A stretch of DNA of 64,000 nucleotides, taken from positions 1 to 64,000 of the IMG/VR virus record IMGVR_UViG_3300025072_002799; one strand, given 5' to 3'. Positions 54,933-64,000 of the stretch are shown here, in pieces. The position numbers were made by a program, and so were the translations under genes. This DNA is from a virus. How positions within the stretch are numbered: the first letter of the stretch is position 1; each line of letters opens with the position of its first letter. The notes below the pieces were generated by a model. That model was not told the DNA's origin. It saw nothing but the letters and a program-made list of their open reading frames with translations, and ran no database searches.

Positions 54933-55889
54933 ATGATAATTAAGAGATCTCTGAAACAATCAAATAAACCAGAAGATTTATCTATAAAAGACTTTTACCA
55001 AATGAGAAACAAGGTATTGGTCTTAAGACAAACTGGTGGCATAGGAGACATTCTTATGCAAAGAATGATGTTTGAGGATTTTAAACGTATATTCCCAGAG
55101 TCGCACATAACTTATTCATGCCCAAGCAAGTACAAATCACTAGCAATGAATCACCCGTTCATTGATGAATGGCTTCCATCTGAAGATATTGACCTGTCAA
55201 AGTATCTACTGTATTTCAACATCACAACTGCATGTAATCGTCACGAAATGAGAGTTGCACCATTAAGCGATAAACATAGAAGCGATATATGGGCAAATAA
55301 TTGTGGAGCCATTCTATCTAACCACAATATGCACATTACAATTGAAGAAGAAAATAAAAAATACGCCCAAGAAAGGCTAAAAGAATTAAACACTGAAGGA
55401 AAACCAACCGTATGTTTTTGCCCAATATCTGCGATGTTGGGCAAAAACCTGCAAAGCGAGCAAATAACAGACACAGTTAAAGGTCTTTGGGATATGGGTC
55501 TTTTTGTTTATTCAACTCACATCAGAGATATTCCAGAACTTACTAAACTAAAAGTGCCAGTAATCAAGGATATATCCGTATCTCAGTGGATGGGAGTCAT
55601 TGATGCTGCTGACCATGTTGTTAGTGTTGATACTGGAGCATTTCATTTAAGTGGGGGACTCGGAAAGCCATTAGTTGGGGTTTTTGGATGGACTGATGGA
55701 AAGGTGTATGGGCGTTATTATAAATTCGCTTTGGTACAAAGACACAGAGATGATGGCGATTGGGATTGCGGACCTTGCTACAGTTGGCATGGATGTCCTA
55801 AGGAAAGGCAAAACAGAAGAAAACCCTGCATTACCAGCATTACGGCAGATAACATACTAAAAGCGACAGAGCAAATACTGGATAAATAG
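54933..55889 (+). CDS. glycosyltransferase family 9 (heptosyltransferase-like)
   Basis: GGIGD, SVDTGAFHL and GPC..C motifs. Confidence 0.85.
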   Translation: MIIKRSLKQSNKPEDLSIKDFYQMRNKVLVLRQTGGIGDILMQRMMFEDFKRIFPESHITYSCPSKYKSLAMNHPFIDEWLPSEDIDLSKYLLYFNITTACNRHEMRVAPLSDKHRSDIWANNCGAILSNHNMHITIEEENKKYAQERLKELNTEGKPTVCFCPISAMLGKNLQSEQITDTVKGLWDMGLFVYSTHIRDIPELTKLKVPVIKDISVSQWMGVIDAADHVVSVDTGAFHLSGGLGKPLVGVFGWTDGKVYGRYYKFALVQRHRDDGDWDCGPCYSWHGCPKERQNRRKPCITSITADNILKATEQILDK

Positions 55890-55903
55890 CATATATAAGA
55901 ATT

Positions 55904-56146
55904 ATGGCTCAATTAGTAAAATCACAACAAGTACAGGTCACTACGTCTAAGGGCGAGTGTCACATCACTTTGGATATAAACATCACTCTTAACCACCAAG
56001 GATTAATCCAACAGGTTGGCGTAGATGCTACGGAAGCTACTATGATAGATAAGAAGGAAAAAAAGGACCCAGAAGAAGAGAAGTTCAAATGGGAAATACC
56101 CGATTTTGAAGATGGTCCATCAGAAAAAATTGATTTTGGTAAATGA
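55904..56146 (+). CDS. hypothetical protein
   Basis: 80 aa after CATATATA. Confidence 0.7.
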   Translation: MAQLVKSQQVQVTTSKGECHITLDINITLNHQGLIQQVGVDATEATMIDKKEKKDPEEEKFKWEIPDFEDGPSEKIDFGK

Positions 56147-56162
56147 TTAAAAGGAGATAGTT

Positions 56163-57173
56163 ATGAGTGCTCGCGGAATGGACATGGGGACGTACAATTT
56201 AATTGCTTGTCATCGTGATGATAATGGAGATTTCGTACACAAGAGGGAAATCAATGCTTTTTTGGAATTGCCACTAGAAGAAAGATTTGTTTTCAACATG
56301 ATGAAAAAGTCTGGCGTCCCTCTCATTGAACGTGAAAAGGTTGCATACGCTTTGGGCGAAGCTGCCGTAAAGATGGCTTATACAATGCCTAATATAGATT
56401 TAAAACGCCCAATGAAAGATGGGTGTTTGAATCCTCAAGAAAAAGATGCTATGAATATCATAAAAGTTATGATTCACAGTTTGATAGGCGAAATTGAAGA
56501 AGATGGAACATTAATTTATTACTCTATTCCGGCTAACGCCATCAACGAGGAAACCGATGCCGATTATCATTCAGAAGTTTTGGCTTCCATATTGAGATCT
56601 TATAGTTCATCAGATGGTTACAAACTAGATCCAAGACCAATCAATGAAGGTTTGGCTTTGGTGTTTTCTGAGTTGGGAGAAAAGCAATTTACGGGAATTG
56701 GAATTAGTTGTGGCGCAGGAATGGTGAACGTATGCTTTTCCGTATTTTCCCACCCAGTGTTTAGCTTCTCAATTGTCAATAGTGGAGACTGGATTGACAA
56801 GATGGCTGCTAAAGCGGCTGGAGAGAATGCAACATATATAAATCAAAGAAAAATGACTGTTGCCCTGGATAAAGAGCCAGAAGATATTGTTGAAAGAGCC
56901 ATTCAAACCCAATACAGATTGATGATTATGAATACAGTCAAACACATAAAGGAAGGTTTGTCCGATGCAGGCAAAAAGGCTCGTACTGGCGCACCAATAG
57001 ATATTGTTATCGCTGGTGGAACGTCTTCTCCTCAAGGATTCGACACATTGTTTGCAGAAGTCCTTAAAGAGATGGACCTGCCAATTGATGTAGGAAATAT
57101 AATTCGCCCCAAAGATCCGCTTTACAGTGTAGCGAAAGGTTGCTTAATTGCAGCAGAAAACTCTGTGTCTTAA
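56163..57173 (+). CDS. actin-like ATPase
   Basis: GMDMGT (phosphate 1), RPMKDG, NEG.A, SCGAG (phosphate 2), AGGTS (adenosine) and SVAKG motifs. Confidence 0.8.
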   Translation: MSARGMDMGTYNLIACHRDDNGDFVHKREINAFLELPLEERFVFNMMKKSGVPLIEREKVAYALGEAAVKMAYTMPNIDLKRPMKDGCLNPQEKDAMNIIKVMIHSLIGEIEEDGTLIYYSIPANAINEETDADYHSEVLASILRSYSSSDGYKLDPRPINEGLALVFSELGEKQFTGIGISCGAGMVNVCFSVFSHPVFSFSIVNSGDWIDKMAAKAAGENATYINQRKMTVALDKEPEDIVERAIQTQYRLMIMNTVKHIKEGLSDAGKKARTGAPIDIVIAGGTSSPQGFDTLFAEVLKEMDLPIDVGNIIRPKDPLYSVAKGCLIAAENSVS

Positions 57174-57199
57174 AGTCAATTAGAAAAGTAGGAGATAAG

Positions 57200-58051
57200 A
57201 TGGGAAATGAGAAAAAGGTGTATGTCGATGACATAAGTTGCATGCAGCCAAAGTTAAGAAAGTCATCAGTGATTTCTACAAGGGAATTCAATGATACCTT
57301 AAGTGATGAAGATGTTGACTATAACGAAAGGTTGGTTAAAGCATCATTGGAATTTAAGGTAACGCCAGAAAAAATAAAAAAAGTAATTTGTCCTGAGTTG
57401 TCGGCTAAAAAGATGTGTGAAAGTCCAGCTTATGAAAATTTTGGAGATTCGGAAAAGGATTTTGGAAAAGATGGTGTAATCGACTTAAACAAAGGCATTC
57501 CAATAACAGGTCACGATGGAGTGCCATCTCGTGATCCTGGCGGAGTATTGCCAGGAACGGGTGGAGGAACCACAGTAGATGAGTACGTCCATCTTAGAAA
57601 TTTGATTAAACATGCTTATGGACATAATTCAGCAACTATCATACCTGATAAAAAGCCAGAAATGTACGAATTCAAAGAATGGACTGAGGAAGAGTTGAAT
57701 TCACTTAAAGAAAAGGAGGGATATTTCGAATTGTCGATGACATATGAAAATGATGATGATTTATCAATGCATGAAATATTTGAAATTGCAAATGGTCCAG
57801 AAGACAGTGAATGTTACAAAAATTTGATTTCAGACTTAAATGAAGAGTTTCCAAAAATGGACTTTACGTGGATCTGCGCAGATCTATCAATTGAATGGAA
57901 GTCTGGGATATTGAATGGGAACAAAGTAATAACGGCTATCAATAAGCCTATTGTTGACGAACTAAAACAAACGCTTGAAAAGATAATGGATGATGAAACA
58001 AAAGTATACGATATTGTAAAGCGATCCATTATAGAAGCACTAGATTTTTAA
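57200..58051 (+). CDS. hypothetical acidic protein
   Basis: ATG at 57200 with AGGAG SD. Confidence 0.65.
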   Translation: MGNEKKVYVDDISCMQPKLRKSSVISTREFNDTLSDEDVDYNERLVKASLEFKVTPEKIKKVICPELSAKKMCESPAYENFGDSEKDFGKDGVIDLNKGIPITGHDGVPSRDPGGVLPGTGGGTTVDEYVHLRNLIKHAYGHNSATIIPDKKPEMYEFKEWTEEELNSLKEKEGYFELSMTYENDDDLSMHEIFEIANGPEDSECYKNLISDLNEEFPKMDFTWICADLSIEWKSGILNGNKVITAINKPIVDELKQTLEKIMDDETKVYDIVKRSIIEALDF

Positions 58052-58069
58052 AGAAAGAAAGAGAAAGAA

Positions 58070-58525
58070 ATGGGAAAAGTTTATAAACACGTTAGCGACT
58101 TGGGAATGGCTGCTTATTTGTTGATGCATGGCTACGATGTGGCTGGCAAGAAAGGCAGATCATATTACTTCAATATCAATGAAGATGATGTAAAAGCATT
58201 AGATGATTTAACATTGGATTATTTCAATGAGAGAAACTATCATCTATTTGATCACTGCATCATGTCTATGAAGAAAGTCCTTGAAGTTAAAATGTCATCC
58301 AATTCACTTAAGTCTGTAAATGACTTAGGATTGGCTGCTTATATCTTTATGCATGATTTTGATATTGCTGGAAGACAGGGAGGGAGCTTCTTTTTCAAGG
58401 TAGAAGATAATGAATTAGAAGAAAAATTCAATAAATTGACAATGGAATATTTGTCGAGTCAATTTCATAGATTTGATCATTGCATCATGGCACTGAAAAA
58501 AGTCCCTGAGTATTCTCCTAAATAA
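58070..58525 (+). CDS. internally duplicated hypothetical protein
   Basis: Two DLG.AAY..MH...FDHCIM..KKV repeats. Confidence 0.75.
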   Translation: MGKVYKHVSDLGMAAYLLMHGYDVAGKKGRSYYFNINEDDVKALDDLTLDYFNERNYHLFDHCIMSMKKVLEVKMSSNSLKSVNDLGLAAYIFMHDFDIAGRQGGSFFFKVEDNELEEKFNKLTMEYLSSQFHRFDHCIMALKKVPEYSPK

Positions 58526-58563
58526 AGAATATGCGACTCATATATAAATGAAAAGGGACAATT

Positions 58564-60054
58564 ATGAGAACTTTCGGACAATATCTTGAAGAAAATGCAC
58601 CTGAAGAACCAGTTATGGCCACTGCTGTGGAGCCAGTTGACTTAGATGCAAGCTTGGATGCAATGGTAAACTCTTTAGTAGTAGACCTTAAAAAACGCAT
58701 TAAATCCGCAATTCCACAAAGGGAAAAGAAGAAAAACCTTTTTGACCGATTTGGGAAGTGGTGGAAAGATATGAACGACCCAAATTATGAGACGCCCTAC
58801 ACACCTGGACATCGCATGAATCAAAATCGTGCTGCTGGGCTTCATACTGGGCAAGCCAGCGATTTGGGAGAGTCCGTGATCCCTATTGAGGTTTATAATT
58901 TCTTTAAGGAGTCTGCCGAGAAGATTTGCGAAGCAGAAGCTCATGACATAGATTCGCCAAATTTGCATGGAGATCCAAGCAGATATGGAACTTATGAATT
59001 TAGCCCAAATCCAGAAGTTGCAGCAGCAGCTAGAGCGGGAAGACAGCCTCCACAATCATCTCAGCACTTAGGTCCTGGCATGACTCATGTTGGAGGGAAT
59101 TATTATCACAATCAAGAAACAGGGAAGACTCAACAGATCAATCCAGTGGCTCAGTTGGGAATTTATTTAGATGGTGAATTTAAGAAAAAATTGAAGGGAA
59201 TATTAAGCGCCCATATGAAAAACGCACAAAGCAACAAAGACATAGAAGCTGGAAACATACCTGCCGCACCAAAAGCGCCTCAGGCTGCTGGTCCAAATGA
59301 TCCACCGACAGCACCAACAGCACCAAAGTTTTCTGATGGACCCGCTTCTGAAAGACCTCCTGTTGGACCTGGACCTTCATTAACAGATGACAAAGCAACT
59401 TCCGCTTCTTCTGCAAAGCCAGTTTTAAGTCCAAATGACGATCACAAAAAACTAGTGGCTTCTGCCGACAGCAAAAAAACAGACGAAGAAAAGGCTGAAG
59501 TGTATTTGCCAAATTACAAACAAAATCACACTGCACAAGAAGTAATGGATGCTGTAGATAAACTTATGGATGGTGGAAAAGCTTTTGATGATACAATTGT
59601 AAGTGTGCAAGATTTTAGAGATGACTTAAAAACTGTGTTAGGTGTCAAAATAAAACCTAAATCAACCCCATCTGACTTCAATCAAGTTGATGAAGATGAA
59701 AGTAGCAGTAAGTTAATCAACATGCTTGGGAACAAAAGTGATGAACAACAGGCTGAATTGCTTTCTCCTGGTTATGAAGAAAAAGGTTATAAAGTTGATG
59801 ATATTTTGCAAGGCGCTAAGAGTCTTCAACAACATGACAAGAAGAAGAAAACTGTTAAGCAATTCCGTGATGGACTTGATCAATATCTTGGATTGACAAT
59901 TGGACACGCTGAATCCAATATGGTTGACAGATACAAGCAAATGTTGAGAGAGCAAGATCTAAAAGGCTACATGACACCAGTGGTAAGATGGAAAGTGGAC
60001 GATTTGCCCGTTTCTGAACGAGCAAATTATTACCGTCAACTAATGCGTAATTAA
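58564..60054 (+). CDS. putative internal virion protein
   Basis: MRTFGQYLEE start; low-complexity Pro/Ala linker. Confidence 0.7.
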   Translation: MRTFGQYLEENAPEEPVMATAVEPVDLDASLDAMVNSLVVDLKKRIKSAIPQREKKKNLFDRFGKWWKDMNDPNYETPYTPGHRMNQNRAAGLHTGQASDLGESVIPIEVYNFFKESAEKICEAEAHDIDSPNLHGDPSRYGTYEFSPNPEVAAAARAGRQPPQSSQHLGPGMTHVGGNYYHNQETGKTQQINPVAQLGIYLDGEFKKKLKGILSAHMKNAQSNKDIEAGNIPAAPKAPQAAGPNDPPTAPTAPKFSDGPASERPPVGPGPSLTDDKATSASSAKPVLSPNDDHKKLVASADSKKTDEEKAEVYLPNYKQNHTAQEVMDAVDKLMDGGKAFDDTIVSVQDFRDDLKTVLGVKIKPKSTPSDFNQVDEDESSSKLINMLGNKSDEQQAELLSPGYEEKGYKVDDILQGAKSLQQHDKKKKTVKQFRDGLDQYLGLTIGHAESNMVDRYKQMLREQDLKGYMTPVVRWKVDDLPVSERANYYRQLMRN

Positions 60055-60977
60055 TTTCCGTGTTCTGCCGTAACCCATCTGATAGTTTTGCTTTCAGATC
60101 TCATGAACACTGAGTTAGTGGTCGGTTTCGCTCTATTCCACTTAACACCTCTCAACAGACTGCCATCGGTGATTCCCGTTCCAGCAAACGCACACTCTCC
60201 TTTAACTAATTCATTTTCATCCAAAATAGGCTCAGAAGACTCTCCTTCTTTAGTGCATTCTTGACCTTGTAGCCCTCCACCCAAGCATTTGATCGCACAA
60301 GCGGACAGAATAGCCTCTGGCGAGCCTCCAATGCCATAAAGGATGTCTATGTCACTATCTGGAAGGCAAGCCGCAACAGCCCCAGAAACGTCACAATCTT
60401 GAATTAATTTAATTCTGCACCCTAGTTCTCTTAATTCTTTGATTGCCTCATGATGTCGTGGTCGATCTAAAATGCATACCAACACCTGTTCTGGCTCCTT
60501 TCCTGTTGCCGAACAAACCAATTCTATGGTTCTTTCTAGTGGGTCGTTTAATTTTAATTCTACTTTACTTGCTATTTCAGGTCCGTATGCCAACTTTCTC
60601 ATATAATACGAAGACGGACTAAACATAGCTCCTTCTAGTGCGACAGAAATGACGCTCATAGCTTCTGGTCCAGAAGTTACAGTTGGAGTTGTTCCTTCAA
60701 TTGGATCTATTGCTATATCATTGAATTTTCCGTGGTATCCATCGCATGACCCCCACCTACTTCCGATTTTCTCTCCTGCGAACAAGCCATATGACTTATC
60801 CTTTTCTCCTTCGCCTATTACAATCTTTCCAGCAAAGTCCATTCCATTAAGACGATCTCTCATTGCATCAGTAGCGGCTTTATCTGATTCTAGTTTATTT
60901 CCGCTTCCGACCCACTTTGAGCCTGCTATTGCTCCTGCTTCTGTAACTCTAATTAAATCAAGGCTTATATGTTTCAT
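60051..60977 (-). CDS. glpX: fructose-1,6-bisphosphatase class II
   Basis: RVTE.GA, VIGEGEKD, DPIEGT, LDRPRH, GIGG.PE and TGITDG motifs. Confidence 0.95.
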   Translation of the reverse strand: MKHISLDLIRVTEAGAIAGSKWVGSGNKLESDKAATDAMRDRLNGMDFAGKIVIGEGEKDKSYGLFAGEKIGSRWGSCDGYHGKFNDIAIDPIEGTTPTVTSGPEAMSVISVALEGAMFSPSSYYMRKLAYGPEIASKVELKLNDPLERTIELVCSATGKEPEQVLVCILDRPRHHEAIKELRELGCRIKLIQDCDVSGAVAACLPDSDIDILYGIGGSPEAILSACAIKCLGGGLQGQECTKEGESSEPILDENELVKGECAFAGTGITDGSLLRGVKWNRAKPTTNSVFMRSESKTIRWVTAEHGN

Positions 60978-61192
60978 TGTTGTTCCGTTAATGAGTATGT
61001 TTTATTTCTAAATCGGTCACATGAAACCCAAAAGTTTCTAACGCCATCAACAACAGGAAGATGACCAGAACTTGGATGTATCCAATATTTTATTCCTGGC
61101 TTAGGATTAGACCAACATGTGTGTGGATAACCAGGAAGTATTATGCCGGGACTTGTTGTGTTTGAAGGTGGAAACCCTTTCAGAATTGCCAT
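60974..61192 (-). CDS. hypothetical protein
   Basis: 72 aa, translationally coupled on both sides. Confidence 0.6.
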   Translation of the reverse strand: MAILKGFPPSNTTSPGIILPGYPHTCWSNPKPGIKYWIHPSSGHLPVVDGVRNFWVSCDRFRNKTYSLTEQQ

Positions 61193-61656
61193 TAATCCTC
61201 CTCTTTGAATTTCTTAGCCAGATTAGATAGTTGATTAACATCTACAAATGGACTTTTATTTTCTGGTTCTTCTTCATCCAGCCAAGTTGGTTCTTTTTCT
61301 ATCTTTGGCATTTCAGGCTTTTGTTCTTCACGATGTGCGAATTTAGCGCCTTTCTTTTCTTCCATTTTCTTTTCATATTCATCCATGATTGCATCATAAT
61401 TGGGGTCATCTTTTTTAAGAACTTGTTCCTCTGCGAATCCGATGAGATGCGTCCAGGTGTAGAAATTCTTGCTCAAAGTTGTTGGGTGCGTAAGCCAAAT
61501 TCCCAATTCACAAATATAGTCCACTCTTCCAACGAAGTAGTCTGTCATTTGTGAATCTTTGAAGTCCCAATTTATATTAGCAACAAACATTGTTACAACT
61601 TTTCCAACAAAATAGTTGGATAAGCGATTTAGTTCTGTTTCGTTTGGTGTTTCCAT
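61192..61656 (-). CDS. hypothetical protein, possible Sm-like N-domain
   Basis: FVGK.V...G.V..I...GI.L pattern. Confidence 0.6.
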   Translation of the reverse strand: METPNETELNRLSNYFVGKVVTMFVANINWDFKDSQMTDYFVGRVDYICELGIWLTHPTTLSKNFYTWTHLIGFAEEQVLKKDDPNYDAIMDEYEKKMEEKKGAKFAHREEQKPEMPKIEKEPTWLDEEEPENKSPFVDVNQLSNLAKKFKEED

Positions 61657-61663
61657 AATTTCC

Positions 61664-62686
61664 TTATCTAGGATTTGGCCATTTAGTGAACGGCACTGTT
61701 GTCTTGTTGATGTATTGTTTTATTGTTTCTGGATTTATGACCTGCAACATAGCATTCCAATCTTTGAATCCTTCTGGTGGCGAAACCTGTCTAACTTCTA
61801 TTCCATTGGAATTCAAAGAATCACCAATAACCTTTAGAGCACTTTTGCCAGCACTGTCATTGTCTAATGCAATGCATACATTGAACCCACGCAACATCTC
61901 TAGCTGCTTAGGAGTTAATGTTTTGCCTCCACAGGCAACAGAGGCACGCCCACAAGCTATTGTCAGGCTAATGGAGTCCAATTCTCCTTCGGTCAAGAAT
62001 ACCCAACCATCATTCGGCCAATAAGTAAAAAATAAAACGTCTCTTTTTCCAACTCCATAGACCTCTTCTTCTGGACCGAGGTACTTTGGCTTGGCACTAT
62101 CTGAAAGATGTCTTCCATTCCAATAAATTAAATTTCCATCTTTATCGTAATATGGAATGATGATTCTATTTCTGTACTTGTCTTGAGTGCAGAATTCTAT
62201 ATTAAACTTTTCGTAATCTATTTTCCTAGATTCAAGATAGGCAATTGCTTCTGAACCTTTATAGTGTTGTGTCAATTGAGACAAAGGATATGTGAATGGA
62301 GGAAGCCTCATGTGTGGAGGCTTTTCTGGATCAATCTCTATCTTCGCTGGCTTTTTGTCAGACTTTTTATTCGCATTAAAAAAATCGTCTAGATCGCTGT
62401 AGACTTTTGACATTTCTGTTTCGCCACGGATTTGATAAACAGCCTCTTCGTAAGGCAATCCATCAACCTTCATGACTAAACCAACTAAGGTTCCTCTCTT
62501 GTCACTCTTCCAGCACCTAAACACGCCGTCTTCTCTGCCATTCTTTCCCCCATCGACATTACACCAGAGGTGATTTTTATTGTCGTCCGCAAAGGGGCTA
62601 TTAACCATGATCTCTCGACCATTGGTTTTTACATTGTCAAAACGGCTCTCAGCCCATGACAGAAAAGCATCGTAATCTATTGACAT
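61664..62686 (-). CDS. dnaG: DNA primase (TOPRIM)
   Basis: RIIIPY, PKYL, EGELD, LDND.AG and KDWN motifs. Confidence 0.85.
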   Translation of the reverse strand: MSIDYDAFLSWAESRFDNVKTNGREIMVNSPFADDNKNHLWCNVDGGKNGREDGVFRCWKSDKRGTLVGLVMKVDGLPYEEAVYQIRGETEMSKVYSDLDDFFNANKKSDKKPAKIEIDPEKPPHMRLPPFTYPLSQLTQHYKGSEAIAYLESRKIDYEKFNIEFCTQDKYRNRIIIPYYDKDGNLIYWNGRHLSDSAKPKYLGPEEEVYGVGKRDVLFFTYWPNDGWVFLTEGELDSISLTIACGRASVACGGKTLTPKQLEMLRGFNVCIALDNDSAGKSALKVIGDSLNSNGIEVRQVSPPEGFKDWNAMLQVINPETIKQYINKTTVPFTKWPNPR

Positions 62687-62691
62687 AATTT

Positions 62692-63057
62692 TTACTCTGT
62701 GAAGCCAGATTCCAAACTTATGAAATTGATGTCTGAACTAGAAGCCCTAACTGGGAGCAAAAATATAGCAATATCGTCAGGAAGTTTTTTGTTTGCTTTT
62801 TCTAGATCTCCAAGCAATTTATCTTTCATTCTCTCCGCAAGATTAATACCCTTTTCTGAAGAAAGTGTACCAATATTTACATTCATTGCTAAAATGCCTC
62901 TGATCTCTGTTGGATTTGCGGCATAGGGTTTGTCGTCTTCGTGCATATTTGCATCCATCTTTGCCTCCTCTTGACAATATCCGTCTGGTCTGCAATTAAA
63001 TTCTTCACCCACATATAATTCGCCACCAACGCCATTATTCAAATTTTCTGCTGCCAT
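62692..63057 (-). CDS. hypothetical protein
   Basis: 121-aa ORF. Confidence 0.6.
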   Translation of the reverse strand: MAAENLNNGVGGELYVGEEFNCRPDGYCQEEAKMDANMHEDDKPYAANPTEIRGILAMNVNIGTLSSEKGINLAERMKDKLLGDLEKANKKLPDDIAIFLLPVRASSSDINFISLESGFTE

Positions 63058-64000
63058 AATCTTTCCTCTATTTGTTTGATATAATCTTCGTATAGCTCAA
63101 ATCCAGTATACAATCTTTTTAAGCCAATGCAAGCCAATGCTGTAGTTCCTGAACCCATAAATGGATCAAGAACCAAGTCTCCTTCGTCTGTGGTTAAAAG
63201 TATTAATTTCTCCACAATTTCAAGGGGATAAATTGCTGGATGCTTGGTTCCTTTAATGCTCTCAACGGGGCATTCTATTATATCTTTTAACATAGTCTTG
63301 CCAGATAATCTAATTACAGAAAAGCCGTTGTTTTTTATCTGGTTATTGCGACCGCCCTCCTGTCCACCAAACGCCAAAGCGTGAATGCCTCTGACTTTCA
63401 TCCTAAACCCACTGATTTTGCCACTTTTGACTTCATCTATGACAGCACCTAACTCATTAATAGCATTGCACTTCTCTTCTTCAGATAAATCAGAATTTTC
63501 TATAATTTTAAAATATTTACGCCCCACTTTAGTATCGGGATTTGGCTTATTTTCTTTAACCTTAGTCAACCTATCTCCGTAATACTTGTATTTGTTAGAT
63601 TTCACAAAATGAAAGAATGGTTCATGTGATGACACCATTCTTCGATTGAATTGACGTGGAACAGGGTTTGATTTAGACCAAGATATGTTGTTAATTAAAA
63701 TGGCGTCAGTTTCGTCTACCACTTTGGCTGCGAATCTATAAGGTGCCAATTGTAGCGAACTATTCAAATATTTATCGCCCATATTCCATATGATGCTTCC
63801 ATCTTCTTTTGTGACTCTAAGACACTCTCTGAACACTTCCAATAAAACATCAAGATATTCATCTAAATCACCCTCTTGACCTATCTCTTCTTTGTCTCCA
63901 TATTCTCTTTGTAAAAAATATGGTGGACTGGTAATTGTCAAATCAACTGTGTTGGTCGTTAAATTTTTAATTAGTTGACGGCAATCGCCTTGGATTATTT
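63039..64000 (-). CDS. beta-class N4-C/N6-A DNA methyltransferase, 5' end off window
   Basis: IQGDC...TSPPY, HPA.YP and DPFMGSGTT motifs; frame open to the window edge. Confidence 0.9.
   Translation of the reverse strand, partial: IIQGDCRQLIKNLTTNTVDLTITSPPYFLQREYGDKEEIGQEGDLDEYLDVLLEVFRECLRVTKEDGSIIWNMGDKYLNSSLQLAPYRFAAKVVDETDAILINNISWSKSNPVPRQFNRRMVSSHEPFFHFVKSNKYKYYGDRLTKVKENKPNPDTKVGRKYFKIIENSDLSEEEKCNAINELGAVIDEVKSGKISGFRMKVRGIHALAFGGQEGGRNNQIKNNGFSVIRLSGKTMLKDIIECPVESIKGTKHPAIYPLEIVEKLILLTTDEGDLVLDPFMGSGTTALACIGLKRLYTGFELYEDYIKQIEERLWQQKI

Noticed and set aside
1-64000. Stop-codon reassignment
   Set aside because: Long genes are intact in code 11, and TAA, TAG and TGA all end genes at tight junctions.
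63039-64000. Restriction-modification system
   Set aside because: No cognate endonuclease is visible; the upstream context is outside the window, so it is treated as an orphan methyltransferase.

Overview
This AT-rich window is from a large T4-like (myovirus/jumbo-type) phage genome. The host is uncertain; weak hints point to Planctomycetota. 1-19.6 kb is a mostly minus-strand accessory region. It holds a Met-Cys membrane microprotein array, coaB and a coaC-M23 fusion, ClpP, a histidine phosphatase, a solo TnpB, a tandem double ECF sigma factor and an RNA module. 19.6-26.2 kb holds putative virion proteins, a second TnpB element and a UvrD helicase. 26.2-52 kb is a contractile tail/baseplate module: gp2-like end protector, tape measure, gp53, hub, gp5, gp25, gp6, gp7-like, two gp19-like tubes and PKD proteins, plus a free-standing LAGLIDADG endonuclease. 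52-64 kb holds a J-domain protein, GT9, an actin-like ATPase, GlpX, a primase and a DNA methyltransferase. The best candidate for an undescribed system is the minus-strand block 14.0-19.2 kb. It contains a CCA-adding-type enzyme and three sequence-divergent but structurally identical anticodon-less tRNA mimics (6-bp T stem; 11-12-bp anticodon-position stem capped by a UNNG tetraloop; no encoded CCA), separated by structured spacers. These are followed by a boxA-like site, a ~230-nt unknown structured RNA, a ~560-nt ROOL-like RNA, a terminator and a HAD RNA-repair-type phosphatase. All family calls come from motif recognition by eye; no searches were run.
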